A DNA stretch of 64,000 bases. Origin: Candidatus Glassbacteria bacterium (GTDB taxonomy: Bacteria > Gemmatimonadota > Glassbacteria > GWA2-58-10). The stretch spans positions 21,362 to 85,361 of the forward strand of contig CAVVYO010000002.1 in NCBI GenBank assembly GCA_963752515.1, in the 5' to 3' direction. The notes under the pieces are model-generated. The model made no database searches. It was not told where the DNA came from and saw only the letters and a program-made list of their open reading frames with translations. This document shows positions 26,559 to 35,678 of this stretch, piece by piece. The position numbers were made by a program, and so were the translations under genes. How positions within the stretch are numbered: the stretch's first letter is position 1; every line of letters begins with the position of its first letter.

Positions 26559-26983
26559 CGGGGGAGGGAGGAACCCTTTTGAAAAAGGGTTCCTCCCTCC
26601 CCCGGACCCCCACCCGCTTCCCCAAACTTTTTCGAAAGTTTGATGTGCAGGTGGGATCGGCATTTCAGCACTGTGGACATTCTTGTCTTTCGCCCAAAGG
26701 CGGCTTTAGCCGCCACCCCGCGGCGCAACTGTATGAGCTACATAGATGCAGCGGTTACAAAGTGGCGATCCTATGACAGGCGTGATGAGAGGCAAGAACT
26801 GACCGGCAGATGCGCGTCAGCGCTGCCCACCCTGATGGGTAGCGTTTCGACACCGCGATTACAAGCGGTTAATTAAAAATCACTATTGGCCGGCGAGTTT
26901 TGCGCCGCACAGACTCTTGCTTCTTCTGGTCACAGAAGAAGAAACATAATGACCAATCAAAGAGATAGCGGCATAGCCAGGAG
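26559..26983 (+). repeat. intergenic repeat family, long type-1 copy C
   Basis: Collinear with A and B. H 26559-26605, K, hairpin 26699-26714 (GGCGGC-ttta-GCCGCC), GTCA-loop hairpin 26920-26941, end GCATAGCCAGGAG 26983. Confidence 0.9.
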
Positions 26984-27007
26984 TCTCGGATAGCAGGCGG
27001 GGTAAAA

Positions 27008-28390
27008 GTGGCTCATGCGCCGGAGACCGGCGAAAGGAAACCCTTGAGCGAACGCCGCACACCGGCGGCCGATGAAAAAAACCCGCCGCGGGTGATCTAC
27101 CTGATAGCCCTGGAACTGGTGGTCGGCAACGCGATTTTCGACAACCAGGTCAAGCGGCTGCTGCTGCGGCTCTCAGTCGCGGGACGGGCGCGGATCACCC
27201 TGGTGGTGCTGCTGCCCTGGCTGGAGCTGACCCGCCGCGGAGTCTACTCCAACTTCCGCCATCACGCCCGCGCGCTGGAGTCATTGCGGGCGGAGCTCTC
27301 CGCGGGCGGGATCGAACTGCGGCTGGTGCGGACCCTCTACCCCTCGGCCTTTTTCCACATGCGGGCCCCGGGGCTGGCCTGGTTCAGCCTGCTGGCGGTG
27401 CCCGCGCTGGTGCGGGAGATCCTCCGCGCCCGGGCCGGGCTGGTGCACTGCCGTTACTACTATGCGACTTTCGCCGCGCTGGCGGCCTCCACGCTGCTGC
27501 CGCGGGGGCCGCGGGTGATTTTCGATGTGCGCACCCTGCTCCCCGAGCAGGGGATTGTCAATCATACCTGGGGCGAGCGCTCGGCCGCCTATCGCTGCTG
27601 GAAGCGGATCGAGGGCTGGATGCTGCGCCGGGCCGGGCGGGTGGTGTCGGTCTCCCCGGCGATGACCGCCCGGCTGGAGCGCGAGGCCCCCGGGGTGCGG
27701 GTGGAGACTATCCCCAATTTTGTCGATCTGGGCCGTTTCCGCCCGGACCCGCAGGCCCGCGCCGCGGTCCGGGGGGAGTTGGGGCTGATGCAGGAGCGGC
27801 CGGTGCTGGTGTTCTCCGGCACCCTCGGCGGGCGCTACCCGGCCGAGCGGATCGCCGAGTGCGCGGCGGCGTTCTGCCGGGCGCTGGGGCCGGAGAGTTT
27901 CTTCCTGGTGCTCACCAGCTCGGATGAAAAGCGGCTGGCCCCGCTGGCCGGGGCCCTGGCCGCGGAGGGTCTCGCGCGGGAGCGCGATTGGCGGGCGCTG
28001 GGCTGCCCGCCGGAAGAGGTCCCGCGCTACCTGGCCGCCGCCGATTATGGGCTGCTGGCCCTGGCCGATTTCCTGACCGCGGAGACTTTCCTGCCGCTCA
28101 AGTTCGGCGAATATCTGGCTTGCGGGCTGCCGATCCTGACCCACCCGGCCAACTCCGAGCTGACGCGGCTGGTGGCCGAACATGGGGTCGGGCTGGCCCT
28201 CGACCCGGAGGCGGACCTCGCCGCGACCGGGGCGCGCCTCACTGCGGAAGTGGCCTCGATGCGCGAGCGCTGCCTGCAGCTGGCCCGCGAGCAGTTCGAC
28301 CTGGAGCGTTTCGCCGGGCGCTACGCCCGCATTTACGATGAACTCAGTGGCCGCGCATCGACTGCGGCCGGGCAGGAGAGCCTGCGATGA
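27008..28390 (+). CDS. GT4-family glycosyltransferase
   Basis: C-terminal Glycos_transf_1-like region (VLVFSGTLGGRY..., E.F.PLKFGEYLACGLPIL). GTG start directly after repeat copy C; exact start uncertain. Confidence 0.75.
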   Translation: MAHAPETGERKPLSERRTPAADEKNPPRVIYLIALELVVGNAIFDNQVKRLLLRLSVAGRARITLVVLLPWLELTRRGVYSNFRHHARALESLRAELSAGGIELRLVRTLYPSAFFHMRAPGLAWFSLLAVPALVREILRARAGLVHCRYYYATFAALAASTLLPRGPRVIFDVRTLLPEQGIVNHTWGERSAAYRCWKRIEGWMLRRAGRVVSVSPAMTARLEREAPGVRVETIPNFVDLGRFRPDPQARAAVRGELGLMQERPVLVFSGTLGGRYPAERIAECAAAFCRALGPESFFLVLTSSDEKRLAPLAGALAAEGLARERDWRALGCPPEEVPRYLAAADYGLLALADFLTAETFLPLKFGEYLACGLPILTHPANSELTRLVAEHGVGLALDPEADLAATGARLTAEVASMRERCLQLAREQFDLERFAGRYARIYDELSGRASTAAGQESLR

Positions 28391-29529
28391 GAGTGTTTTT
28401 CTTCACCGAGGGCACCCAGGCCTCCCCCGCCAGCCGGCTGCGGGCCTACGAGTACTTCGCCTACCTGCGAAAGATGGGCTTCAGTCCCCGGGCCGCCAGT
28501 TTCACCAGCCAGCCCTACTGCCGTCGGCTGGTGGAGGGCAAGACGATCGGCGAGGCCCACCGCCTGCTGGAGAAGACCTGGCAGGCGCGGGCGGTGCTGC
28601 GCCTGCTGGCCGGGGCCCTCACCTGCCGGGTGGTGGTGATCCAGCGGGTGCTGCTGCCGGTCTGGCTCCAGCGCCTGGTGAGCCGGCTCAACCCGCGGGT
28701 GATCTTCGACTACGACGATGCGGTCCACCTCGGCCGCGAGCGGGAGTTCGCCAGCCAGGTGCGGCTGGCGGCGCGGGTGATCGCGGTGAGCGAGACCGCC
28801 CGCGAGGCCGCCCTGACGGCCGGGGCCCCCGCCGAGCGGGTGATGGTCCTGCCCACCCCGGTCGACTGCGCCAGCTACCGCACCCGCGACCAGCGCCTGG
28901 CCTCGCGGGAGGAGGCCGACCGCCAGTTCAACGATGGGCCGGGCCGGTTCCTGGTGGGCTGGATCGGTTCGCCGGCCACCACGCCGTTCCTGCAACAGGT
29001 CTGGCCGCGCCTGGCGGAGCTGGCCGCGCGCGAGCCGCGGGTGGCGTTCCTGTTCATCGGCGCCCGGCCGTTCGACACCGGCCTCCTGGCGGGCCGGGCC
29101 ACCTTCCTCTCCTGGAGCCGCGAGTACGAGACCAAGCTGCTCTCCAGCCTGGATGCCGGGATCATGCCCCTGCCGGATGACCAGTGGTGCCGGGGCAAGG
29201 GCGGCTACAAGCTGATCCAGTACATGGCCGCCGGGGTGCCGGGCCTGGCCTCCCCGGTCGGGGCCAACAACGAGATTGTCGCCGAGGGCGCCACCGGCAG
29301 CTTTGTCGGGGAGGACCGGGGCTGGGGACCGGCCCTGGAGCGCCTGCTGCGCGACCCGGAGCTGGCCGCCCGCCTGGGGCGCGAGGGCCGCCGCCGCGCC
29401 GAGCGGCTTTACGACTACTCTGTCGCCGCCCCGCGCCTGGCCGAGCTGATCCGCGCCGCCGCGGGTGTCGAGCCCCGCGCCGGGACTGTCCCCGGCGAAC
29501 CACCTTTCGCGCCGGCGGGCACCAGATGA
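28387..29529 (+). CDS. GT4/GT1-family glycosyltransferase
   Basis: GWIGSPATTPFL..., GIMPLPDDQWCRGKGGYKLIQYMAAGVPGLASPVGANNEIV is typical of the GT1/GT4 C-terminal domain. ATGA overlap with the upstream gene. Confidence 0.8.
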   Translation: MRVFFFTEGTQASPASRLRAYEYFAYLRKMGFSPRAASFTSQPYCRRLVEGKTIGEAHRLLEKTWQARAVLRLLAGALTCRVVVIQRVLLPVWLQRLVSRLNPRVIFDYDDAVHLGREREFASQVRLAARVIAVSETAREAALTAGAPAERVMVLPTPVDCASYRTRDQRLASREEADRQFNDGPGRFLVGWIGSPATTPFLQQVWPRLAELAAREPRVAFLFIGARPFDTGLLAGRATFLSWSREYETKLLSSLDAGIMPLPDDQWCRGKGGYKLIQYMAAGVPGLASPVGANNEIVAEGATGSFVGEDRGWGPALERLLRDPELAARLGREGRRRAERLYDYSVAAPRLAELIRAAAGVEPRAGTVPGEPPFAPAGTR

Positions 29530-30200
29530 AACTCTCGGTGATCATTCCGGTCTTCAATGAGCGCTCGACAATCGAGGAAGTGATCGACCAGGTCAACCGG
29601 GTCGCGGTGGACAAGGAGATCATCGTGGTCGACGATGGCTCGACCGATGGGACGGTGGAGGTGCTGCGCAAGAAAGAGCGCGAGGTGACCAAGGTCCACC
29701 TGTCGCCGGTCAATTTCGGCAAGGGCGCGGCGATCCGGGTCGGGCTGACCTATGTCACCGGGGATGTGATCGTGATCCAGGATGCCGATGTGGAGCTCGA
29801 TCCCCAGGAGTACCACCTGCTGCTGGCGAAGATCGAGCAGGGGGCGGAGGTGGTCTACGGCTCGCGGTTCCTCGGGCGCAACCCGGGGATCTCGCTCGTG
29901 ACCCGCCTCGCCAACCGTTTCCTGACGCTGCTGACCAACCTGCTCTATGGCTGCCGGCTGACCGACATGGAGACCGCCTACAAGATGTTCCGGGTCGAGG
30001 TCGCCCGGCGGCTGCGCCTGCGCTGCATCGGTTTCGAGCTGGAGCCGGAGATCACCGCCCAGTTTCTCAAGCTGGGAGCGAAGATCCACGAGGTGCCGGT
30101 CTCCTACAACCCGCGGACAGTCGAGCAGGGCAAGAAGATCGGCTGGCGGGATGGGCTGCGGGCGGTCTACTACCTGCTGCTCTACCGTTTCTTTCGCTGA
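29526..30200 (+). CDS. GT2-family glycosyltransferase (polyprenyl-phosphate sugar transferase-like)
   Basis: MKLSVIIPVFNERSTIEEV..., VVDDGSTDGT, IQDADVELDP (DxD). Internal ATG 29526 overlaps the upstream stop (ATGA). Confidence 0.9.
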   Translation: MKLSVIIPVFNERSTIEEVIDQVNRVAVDKEIIVVDDGSTDGTVEVLRKKEREVTKVHLSPVNFGKGAAIRVGLTYVTGDVIVIQDADVELDPQEYHLLLAKIEQGAEVVYGSRFLGRNPGISLVTRLANRFLTLLTNLLYGCRLTDMETAYKMFRVEVARRLRLRCIGFELEPEITAQFLKLGAKIHEVPVSYNPRTVEQGKKIGWRDGLRAVYYLLLYRFFR

Positions 30201-30226
30201 GCCTGACCCCTCGAGGAGCGTGAGCC

Positions 30227-32146
30227 GTGTGCGGCATCGCCGGGATTGTCGACAGCCAGGGAGGGCCGATCGGGACGGAGCGCCTGCGGGCGATGAGCGA
30301 CCGGCTGGTCCATCGCGGGCCCGATGATGAGGGTTTCTGGCGCAACCCGGTCGCGGAAGGAGCGGCCGAGGGCGGCCCCTCCTGCGGCCTGGCTTTCCGC
30401 CGCCTGTCGATCATCGATGTCGCCGGCGGCCGTCAGCCGCTGTGCAACGAGGACCGCTCGCTGTGGCTGGTGTTCAACGGGGAGATCTACAACTTCCCCG
30501 CCTTACGCGCCGAGCTGGAGGCCAGGGGCCACCGTTTCGCCACCCGCTCCGATGGCGAGACGATCCTCCACGCCTACGAGAGCTTCGGGATCGAGGGGAT
30601 GCTCGCCCGCCTGCGCGGGATGTTCGCTTTCGCCCTCTGGGACCAGCCCCGCGCCAGGCTGGTGCTGGCCCGCGACCGGGTGGGCAAGAAGCCGCTGGTG
30701 TACTGCGAGCGCGAGGGCCGGCTGCATTTCGCCTCCGAGCTGGGGGCGCTGCTGGCCGACCCCGCCCTGCCCCGCGAGCCGGACTGGACCGCGCTCCACC
30801 ATTACCTGACTTTCATGTGCGTGCCCGCCCCGTTCACCGCTTTCCGCGGGATAAAAAAACTCCCCCCGGCGCATTTCCTGGTCCGGGAGGGCGGCGCCAC
30901 TCGGATCGAGCGCTACTGGCGGCTGGCCTACGGCCCCAAGCTGAAGCTCTCGCGGCCCGAGGCCGCCGAGGCCCTGCGCGAAAAGCTGCTGGAGGCCACC
31001 CGGCTGCGCCTGATGAGCGAGGTGCCCCTCGGAGCCTTCCTCTCCGGCGGGATCGACTCCAGCAGTGTCGTGGCGGCGATGAGCCGCGCCGGCGGCGGGA
31101 CGGTCAAAACCTTCTCGATCGGCTTCGAGGAAAAGAAGTTCAACGAGCTGCCGTTCGCCCGGCTGGTGGCCGCGCACTACGGCACCGAGCACCACGAGTT
31201 CATGGTCCGGCCCAATGCCCTGGAAGTGCTGCCCGAGCTGGTGCGGCACTACGGCGAGCCCTATGCCGACAGCTCGGCGATCCCGACTTTCTTCCTGTCG
31301 CGGCTGACCCGTCAGCATGTGACTGTCGCCCTCAATGGCGATGGCGGGGATGAGTCGTTCACCGGCTACCGCCGCCACTATGCGGGCCGGATCGCCGACC
31401 GGTTCCACGCCCTGCCCGCGCCCTTGCGCCAGCTGGGCCGCCGGACACTGGAGCGCCTGGCCCCGCGGCCTCACGACCGCCAGAGCCTGCTGGCCGGCTT
31501 CCGCCGGTTCGCCGAGGCCGCCGAGTTGCCGCGCCATGAGCGCCACGCCCGCTGGACCGGCTATTTCACCGAACCGGAAAAGCGCCGGCTGCTGGCTCCG
31601 GAGCCCCTGGCCGCGCTGGACGGTGTCCCGCCCTCGTCCGAGCTGCTGCGCCCGTATTTCGAGGAGGGCGCGGACCTCGATGGCGCCGAGGCCGCGGTGC
31701 TGGCCGATGTCGCGTTCTACCTGCCCAACGACCTGCTGGTCAAGGTGGACATCGCGACCATGGCGGTGTCGCTGGAGGGCCGGAGCCCCTTCCTGGATCA
31801 CGAGCTGATGGAGTTCGCCGCCCGACTGCCCTCGCGCTACAAGCTGCGCGGCCGGGCGCTCAAGGCCATTCTGAAAGAGGCGGTGCGGCCCTGGCTGCCG
31901 CGCGAAATCCTCGAAAAACCCAAGTGGGGTTTCGCGATCCCGATCGGCAACTGGTTCCGGGGCGAACTGAAAGACTTCCTGGCCGACAGCTTGCTCTCCG
32001 GGCCATCGGCCGGCGGCTTCTTCCGCAAGGAGGAGGTCGAGCGGCTGATCGGCGAGCACCAGCGCGGGGAACGCGACCTGGGCCACCATCTCTGGATCCT
32101 GCTGATGTTCGAGCTGTGGCGGAGGGAGTTCCTGGGCGGCGCCTGA
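30227..32146 (+). CDS. asnB: asparagine synthase (glutamine-hydrolysing) family
   Basis: MCGIAGIVD provides the N-terminal nucleophile Cys. SGGIDSS PP-loop motif. 639 aa. Confidence 0.9.
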   Translation: MCGIAGIVDSQGGPIGTERLRAMSDRLVHRGPDDEGFWRNPVAEGAAEGGPSCGLAFRRLSIIDVAGGRQPLCNEDRSLWLVFNGEIYNFPALRAELEARGHRFATRSDGETILHAYESFGIEGMLARLRGMFAFALWDQPRARLVLARDRVGKKPLVYCEREGRLHFASELGALLADPALPREPDWTALHHYLTFMCVPAPFTAFRGIKKLPPAHFLVREGGATRIERYWRLAYGPKLKLSRPEAAEALREKLLEATRLRLMSEVPLGAFLSGGIDSSSVVAAMSRAGGGTVKTFSIGFEEKKFNELPFARLVAAHYGTEHHEFMVRPNALEVLPELVRHYGEPYADSSAIPTFFLSRLTRQHVTVALNGDGGDESFTGYRRHYAGRIADRFHALPAPLRQLGRRTLERLAPRPHDRQSLLAGFRRFAEAAELPRHERHARWTGYFTEPEKRRLLAPEPLAALDGVPPSSELLRPYFEEGADLDGAEAAVLADVAFYLPNDLLVKVDIATMAVSLEGRSPFLDHELMEFAARLPSRYKLRGRALKAILKEAVRPWLPREILEKPKWGFAIPIGNWFRGELKDFLADSLLSGPSAGGFFRKEEVERLIGEHQRGERDLGHHLWILLMFELWRREFLGGA

Positions 32147-32149
32147 GCG

Positions 32150-32610
32150 GAGCTGAAGAAAGGATTTATCCACGAAGCACACGAAGGTTCACGAAGAGTT
32201 TTCTTGGTGTGCCTAGCGCGTGTGATGAACTGCGAAGCCCGGCGCCTGGGCAGTGGCCGCTGAAAAAGACCACACCCCCCGTCGGCTGTCGCCGCCACCC
32301 CTCTGTTTAGAGGGTGTGATGAACTCAGGAGTGGGAAAGAACACCACCCCCGGTGTCCCCCTTTGGTAAGGGGGATTGTTCCGGCTTCGGCCCGGGCAAT
32401 GGCGCAACTGGTTGATTGCTTTGCTGTTTAATGCTGCCGGGGGTGTGTAGTCTTTTATCGGTGGCCGCGGGAGGCCCGGAGTCCGCGGTAGGGGCGATGC
32501 CTACCAAGGTGAGGCCCGACATCCAGTAACTTTCGAAAAAGTTTGGGAAGGTGGGAGGGGGGCCGGGGGAGGGCGGAAACCTTTTCCAAAAGGTTTCCGC
32601 CCTCCCCCGG
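32150..32610 (-). repeat. intergenic repeat family, long mosaic copy with H/K in inverted orientation
   Basis: K (reverse) 32524-32562 and H 32563-32610 abut the next gene. Read on the minus strand, GATGTCGGGC and GTAGG..CCTAC follow K as in copy 52870. Contains hairpin TCCCCC-tttggtaa-GGGGGA (32356-32375) and the duplicated GTGTGATGAACT. Confidence 0.8.
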
Positions 32611-32659
32611 AAAAAGATCCTCATCTGCTGTTGTCATCCAGGGATGAAAGAGGCCGCGG

Positions 32660-33901
32660 GTGGAGCCGGTGCTTTACATCAGCTACGATGGCCTGCTGGA
32701 CCCCTTGGGGGCGAGCCAGGTGCGGCCCTATCTGCGGGAGCTGGCCCGCCGGGGGGTGCGGCTGACGGTGCTGAGTTTCGAGAAGCCCGAGCGCCTGGCC
32801 GACTGCCCGGAAGTGGCGCGGGTGCGGCGCGAGCTGGCGGCCGAGGGCATCCGTTGGCGGCCCTTGCGCTACCACAAGCGGCCGGCCTCCCTGGCCACCG
32901 CCTGGGATGTACTGGCGGGGATAGTCGCCGGGCTGGCCCTCGGGCGCGGGGCCGGGCTGATCCATGCCCGCAGCTACATCGCGGCGCTGATCGCGTTGGC
33001 GCTCTGCCGGCTGACCGGGGCGCGCCTGTTGTTCGACATGCGCGGCTTCTGGGCCGATGAGCGGGTCGAGGGCGGGCTGTGGCGGCCCGGCGCCCGGATG
33101 TACCGGCTGTTCAAGGCCCTGGAGCGCCGCTACCTGGCCCGGGCGGATGGGATCGTGGTCCTCACCCGCCGCGGGGCGGAAATCCTGCGGGGGATGCTTC
33201 CGCCGCGCGAGTCCCCGCCGCTGCTGCGGGTGATCCCCACCTGCGCCGACCTGGAGCTGTTCCGTCCGCCCTCGGGCGGGCGGCCCCCGGTCGCGGAGCG
33301 CCCGTTGCGGCTGATCTATCATGGCAGTTTCGGCACCTGGTACCTGCTGCCCGCGATGCTGGCGTTCTACGAGCAGGTGCGCCGGGTGCGGCCCGGGAGC
33401 ATTTTTTCGCTCGTCACCCCCGCGCCCGCGGAGGAAGTCTGGCGCGCGGCCGCGGGGCTGGGGCTTGCCGCAGAGGCGCGCGACGGGTTGCGGGTCGAGT
33501 CCCGCCCCTACCGCGAGGTCCCCGCGGCGCTGGCCCAGGCCGACTGCGCGGTGTTTTTCATCCGGCCGAGCTTTTCCAAGCAGGCCTCCTGCGCCACCAA
33601 GTTCGGCGAGGCGCTGGCCTGCGGGTTGCCGGTGGTGACCGGCGCGGGGATCGGCGACCATGACCGCCAGGTGCGGGAGCAGCGGGTGGGGCTGGTGCTG
33701 GAGGATTTCTCGGAGGGCAGTCTGGCCCGGGCGGCGCGGGAGCTGCCCGTCCTGCTGGCCGATCCGGAGCTGCCCGGGCGTTGCCGCGCGCTGGCCGAGG
33801 CTGAATTTTCGCTGGCCGGCGGAGCGGAGCGTTACCTGGAGCTTTACCGGGAACTGCTGGGGGAACCGGCCGGGATCGCCATCGGGAGGGCCCGCGCGTG
33901 A
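32660..33901 (+). CDS. GT4-family glycosyltransferase
   Basis: EPVLYISYDGLLDPLGASQVRPYL N-terminus. C-terminal FGEALACGLPVVTG motif. GTG start. Confidence 0.8.
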   Translation: MEPVLYISYDGLLDPLGASQVRPYLRELARRGVRLTVLSFEKPERLADCPEVARVRRELAAEGIRWRPLRYHKRPASLATAWDVLAGIVAGLALGRGAGLIHARSYIAALIALALCRLTGARLLFDMRGFWADERVEGGLWRPGARMYRLFKALERRYLARADGIVVLTRRGAEILRGMLPPRESPPLLRVIPTCADLELFRPPSGGRPPVAERPLRLIYHGSFGTWYLLPAMLAFYEQVRRVRPGSIFSLVTPAPAEEVWRAAAGLGLAAEARDGLRVESRPYREVPAALAQADCAVFFIRPSFSKQASCATKFGEALACGLPVVTGAGIGDHDRQVREQRVGLVLEDFSEGSLARAARELPVLLADPELPGRCRALAEAEFSLAGGAERYLELYRELLGEPAGIAIGRARA

Positions 33902-35022
33902 GAGTGCTGTTCATTGTCCCCTACCCGGTCCAGGGCGCCAGCAACCGGCTGCGGGTGCAGCAGTACCTGCCGTTCCTGGAGGCCCACGAGGTGTGTTGCC
34001 GCGTGCGGCCGTTCTACAGTGAGGCGCTGTGGCGGATCCTCTACCGCCCGGGGCATCACCTGGAGAAGCTGCTGCGCGGGCTGGGCTGCCTGGCCAACCG
34101 GGCGCTGGACTTAGGACGCTCCTTGAGCTGCGAGCTGGTGCTGATCCACCGCGAGGCCGCCCCGGCCGGCCCGGCCTGGTTCGAACGGGCGTTGCGCCTG
34201 ATGGGCAAGCCCTACGCTTACGATTTCGATGATGCGGTCTGGCTGCCCAATGTCGCTCCCTCCAACCGGCTGTTTGCGCGGCTGAAGTGCCCGGGCAAAG
34301 TGGCCGGGATCGTCCGGGGGAGCGCGCTGGCGCTGGCCGGCAACCATTACCTGGCCGACTGGGCTGTCCGCGCCGGGGCCCGCGCGGTGGAGGTGCTGCC
34401 GACCGTGGTCGACACCGCCCGGGTCCGGCCGCCGGAAGCCCGGCAGTCCGTTGCGGAGCGTCCGGTGGTGATCGGCTGGATCGGCAGCCCGACCACGATC
34501 GCGTTCCTGGAGGATTTCCGCCCGGTGCTCGCGCGGGTGCTGGAGCGTTGCGCGGGAAAGGCGGTGTTCCGGGTGGTGGGCGGGACCCTGGCCGGGCCAT
34601 TGCCGGCGGGGATCGAGTGCGCGCCCTGGAGCCTGGAGGGCGAGCTGGCCGAGTTGCAGGGTTTCGACCTGGGGGTGATGCCGATGCCCGACAACGAGTG
34701 GACCCGCGGCAAGTGCGCTTTCAAGGCGATCGAGTACATGGCGGTGGGGGTCCCGGCGGTCTGCAGCCCGGTCGGAACCAATTGCGAGTTGATCGAGGAT
34801 GGCCGCACCGGCTTCCTTCCCGCCGATGATGACCAATGGGTCGAGACCATTTGCCGGCTGGTGGCGGACCCCGCCCTGCGGCAGCGGGTGGGACTGGCCG
34901 GGCGGCAGGTGATCGAGCGCGGCTACAGCCTGGAGAGCGCGGCGCCCCGTCTGCTGGCGGCGCTGCGCCGGGCGGCCGGGACCGCGCGGGAGGTGGAGGG
35001 TGAACCTCAAGGCCTCCGTTGA
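33898..35022 (+). CDS. GT4/GT1-family glycosyltransferase
   Basis: MRVLFIVPYPVQGASNRLRVQQY..., GWIGSPTT, GVMPMPDNEWTRGKCAFKAIEYMAVGVPAVCSPVGTNCELI. Paralogous to 28387-29529. Overlaps the upstream stop. Confidence 0.8.
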   Translation: MRVLFIVPYPVQGASNRLRVQQYLPFLEAHEVCCRVRPFYSEALWRILYRPGHHLEKLLRGLGCLANRALDLGRSLSCELVLIHREAAPAGPAWFERALRLMGKPYAYDFDDAVWLPNVAPSNRLFARLKCPGKVAGIVRGSALALAGNHYLADWAVRAGARAVEVLPTVVDTARVRPPEARQSVAERPVVIGWIGSPTTIAFLEDFRPVLARVLERCAGKAVFRVVGGTLAGPLPAGIECAPWSLEGELAELQGFDLGVMPMPDNEWTRGKCAFKAIEYMAVGVPAVCSPVGTNCELIEDGRTGFLPADDDQWVETICRLVADPALRQRVGLAGRQVIERGYSLESAAPRLLAALRRAAGTAREVEGEPQGLR

Positions 35023-35650
35023 GCGGTCGCTGACTGTCGCGCTGCTGCGCGGGCTGGCCCCGACAGGTCGCGGGCTGGCCGAGGGGAGCCTGGCGCTGCG
35101 GCTGTTCCGGACCCTGGTGCTGCGCCCGGCGCGGGCGCTGTCCGCGGCGGCCCATCGCCTGGCGGAAAAAGCCCGGGCCGTGTGGCTCGGCAGCCGCGCC
35201 GGGGCCCTCGCTCGCAGGGCCGGCGGACTGCTGCTGGTGGGCGACTACCTGGACCGCCCGACCCCGCGGCTGGCCGGGGCGATCCGCGCGGCGCGGGTCT
35301 GGCGCTGGACCGAGCGGCGGTTTTGGCCCCGGGCCGGGTCGCTGTGGCGAAAGCTGCGGGCGGTTCCGGCCGGGACCGCGCTCGCCGGGCTGACTGAGCG
35401 CCTGGGAAGCCGCATCTCCGGGCCGCGCGGGCTGATGCTCTTTTCCCTGGCCTTCCTGGCCGGTTTCTACGCGGTCCGGCTGGCGATCCTGGGACTGGCC
35501 CCGGCGGATTTCCTCCTGCCCTGGAGCGCCGGCCCGCTGGCGCTGGCGCTGCTTCTGGCCGCGCTGGGGCTGTCCGGGCGGGGCGGACGCTCCGGACCCG
35601 GACTGCTGGAACGGGCGCTCGCGGCCCTGCGGCATCCGCGACGGGACTGA
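35000..35650 (+). CDS. hypothetical protein, Arg/Ala-rich with C-terminal hydrophobic helices
   Basis: 216-aa ORF overlapping the upstream GT by 23 nt and ending 29 nt before a repeat H hairpin. LMLFSLAFLAGFYAVRLAILGLAP.. and PLALALLLAALGL are TM-like. No recognised domain, and the composition is close to what a high-GC frame would give by chance. Confidence 0.4.
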   Translation: MNLKASVERSLTVALLRGLAPTGRGLAEGSLALRLFRTLVLRPARALSAAAHRLAEKARAVWLGSRAGALARRAGGLLLVGDYLDRPTPRLAGAIRAARVWRWTERRFWPRAGSLWRKLRAVPAGTALAGLTERLGSRISGPRGLMLFSLAFLAGFYAVRLAILGLAPADFLLPWSAGPLALALLLAALGLSGRGGRSGPGLLERALAALRHPRRD

Positions 35651-35678
35651 TACCGATTTGACGACAAAGGCGGCTTGT

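Noticed and set aside
19232-26983. Whether the repeated intergenic sequences form a CRISPR array.
   Set aside because: The units are 70-820 nt, not 25-40 nt. They are separated by whole genes rather than uniform spacers, occur in both orientations, and no cas genes are present.
35000-35650. Calling the 216-aa ORF a Wzy polymerase or O-antigen ligase.
   Set aside because: It has only about two hydrophobic segments and an Arg/Ala-rich composition. It has neither the 10-12 TM helices nor the motifs expected of Wzy/WaaL. It is kept as a low-confidence hypothetical.
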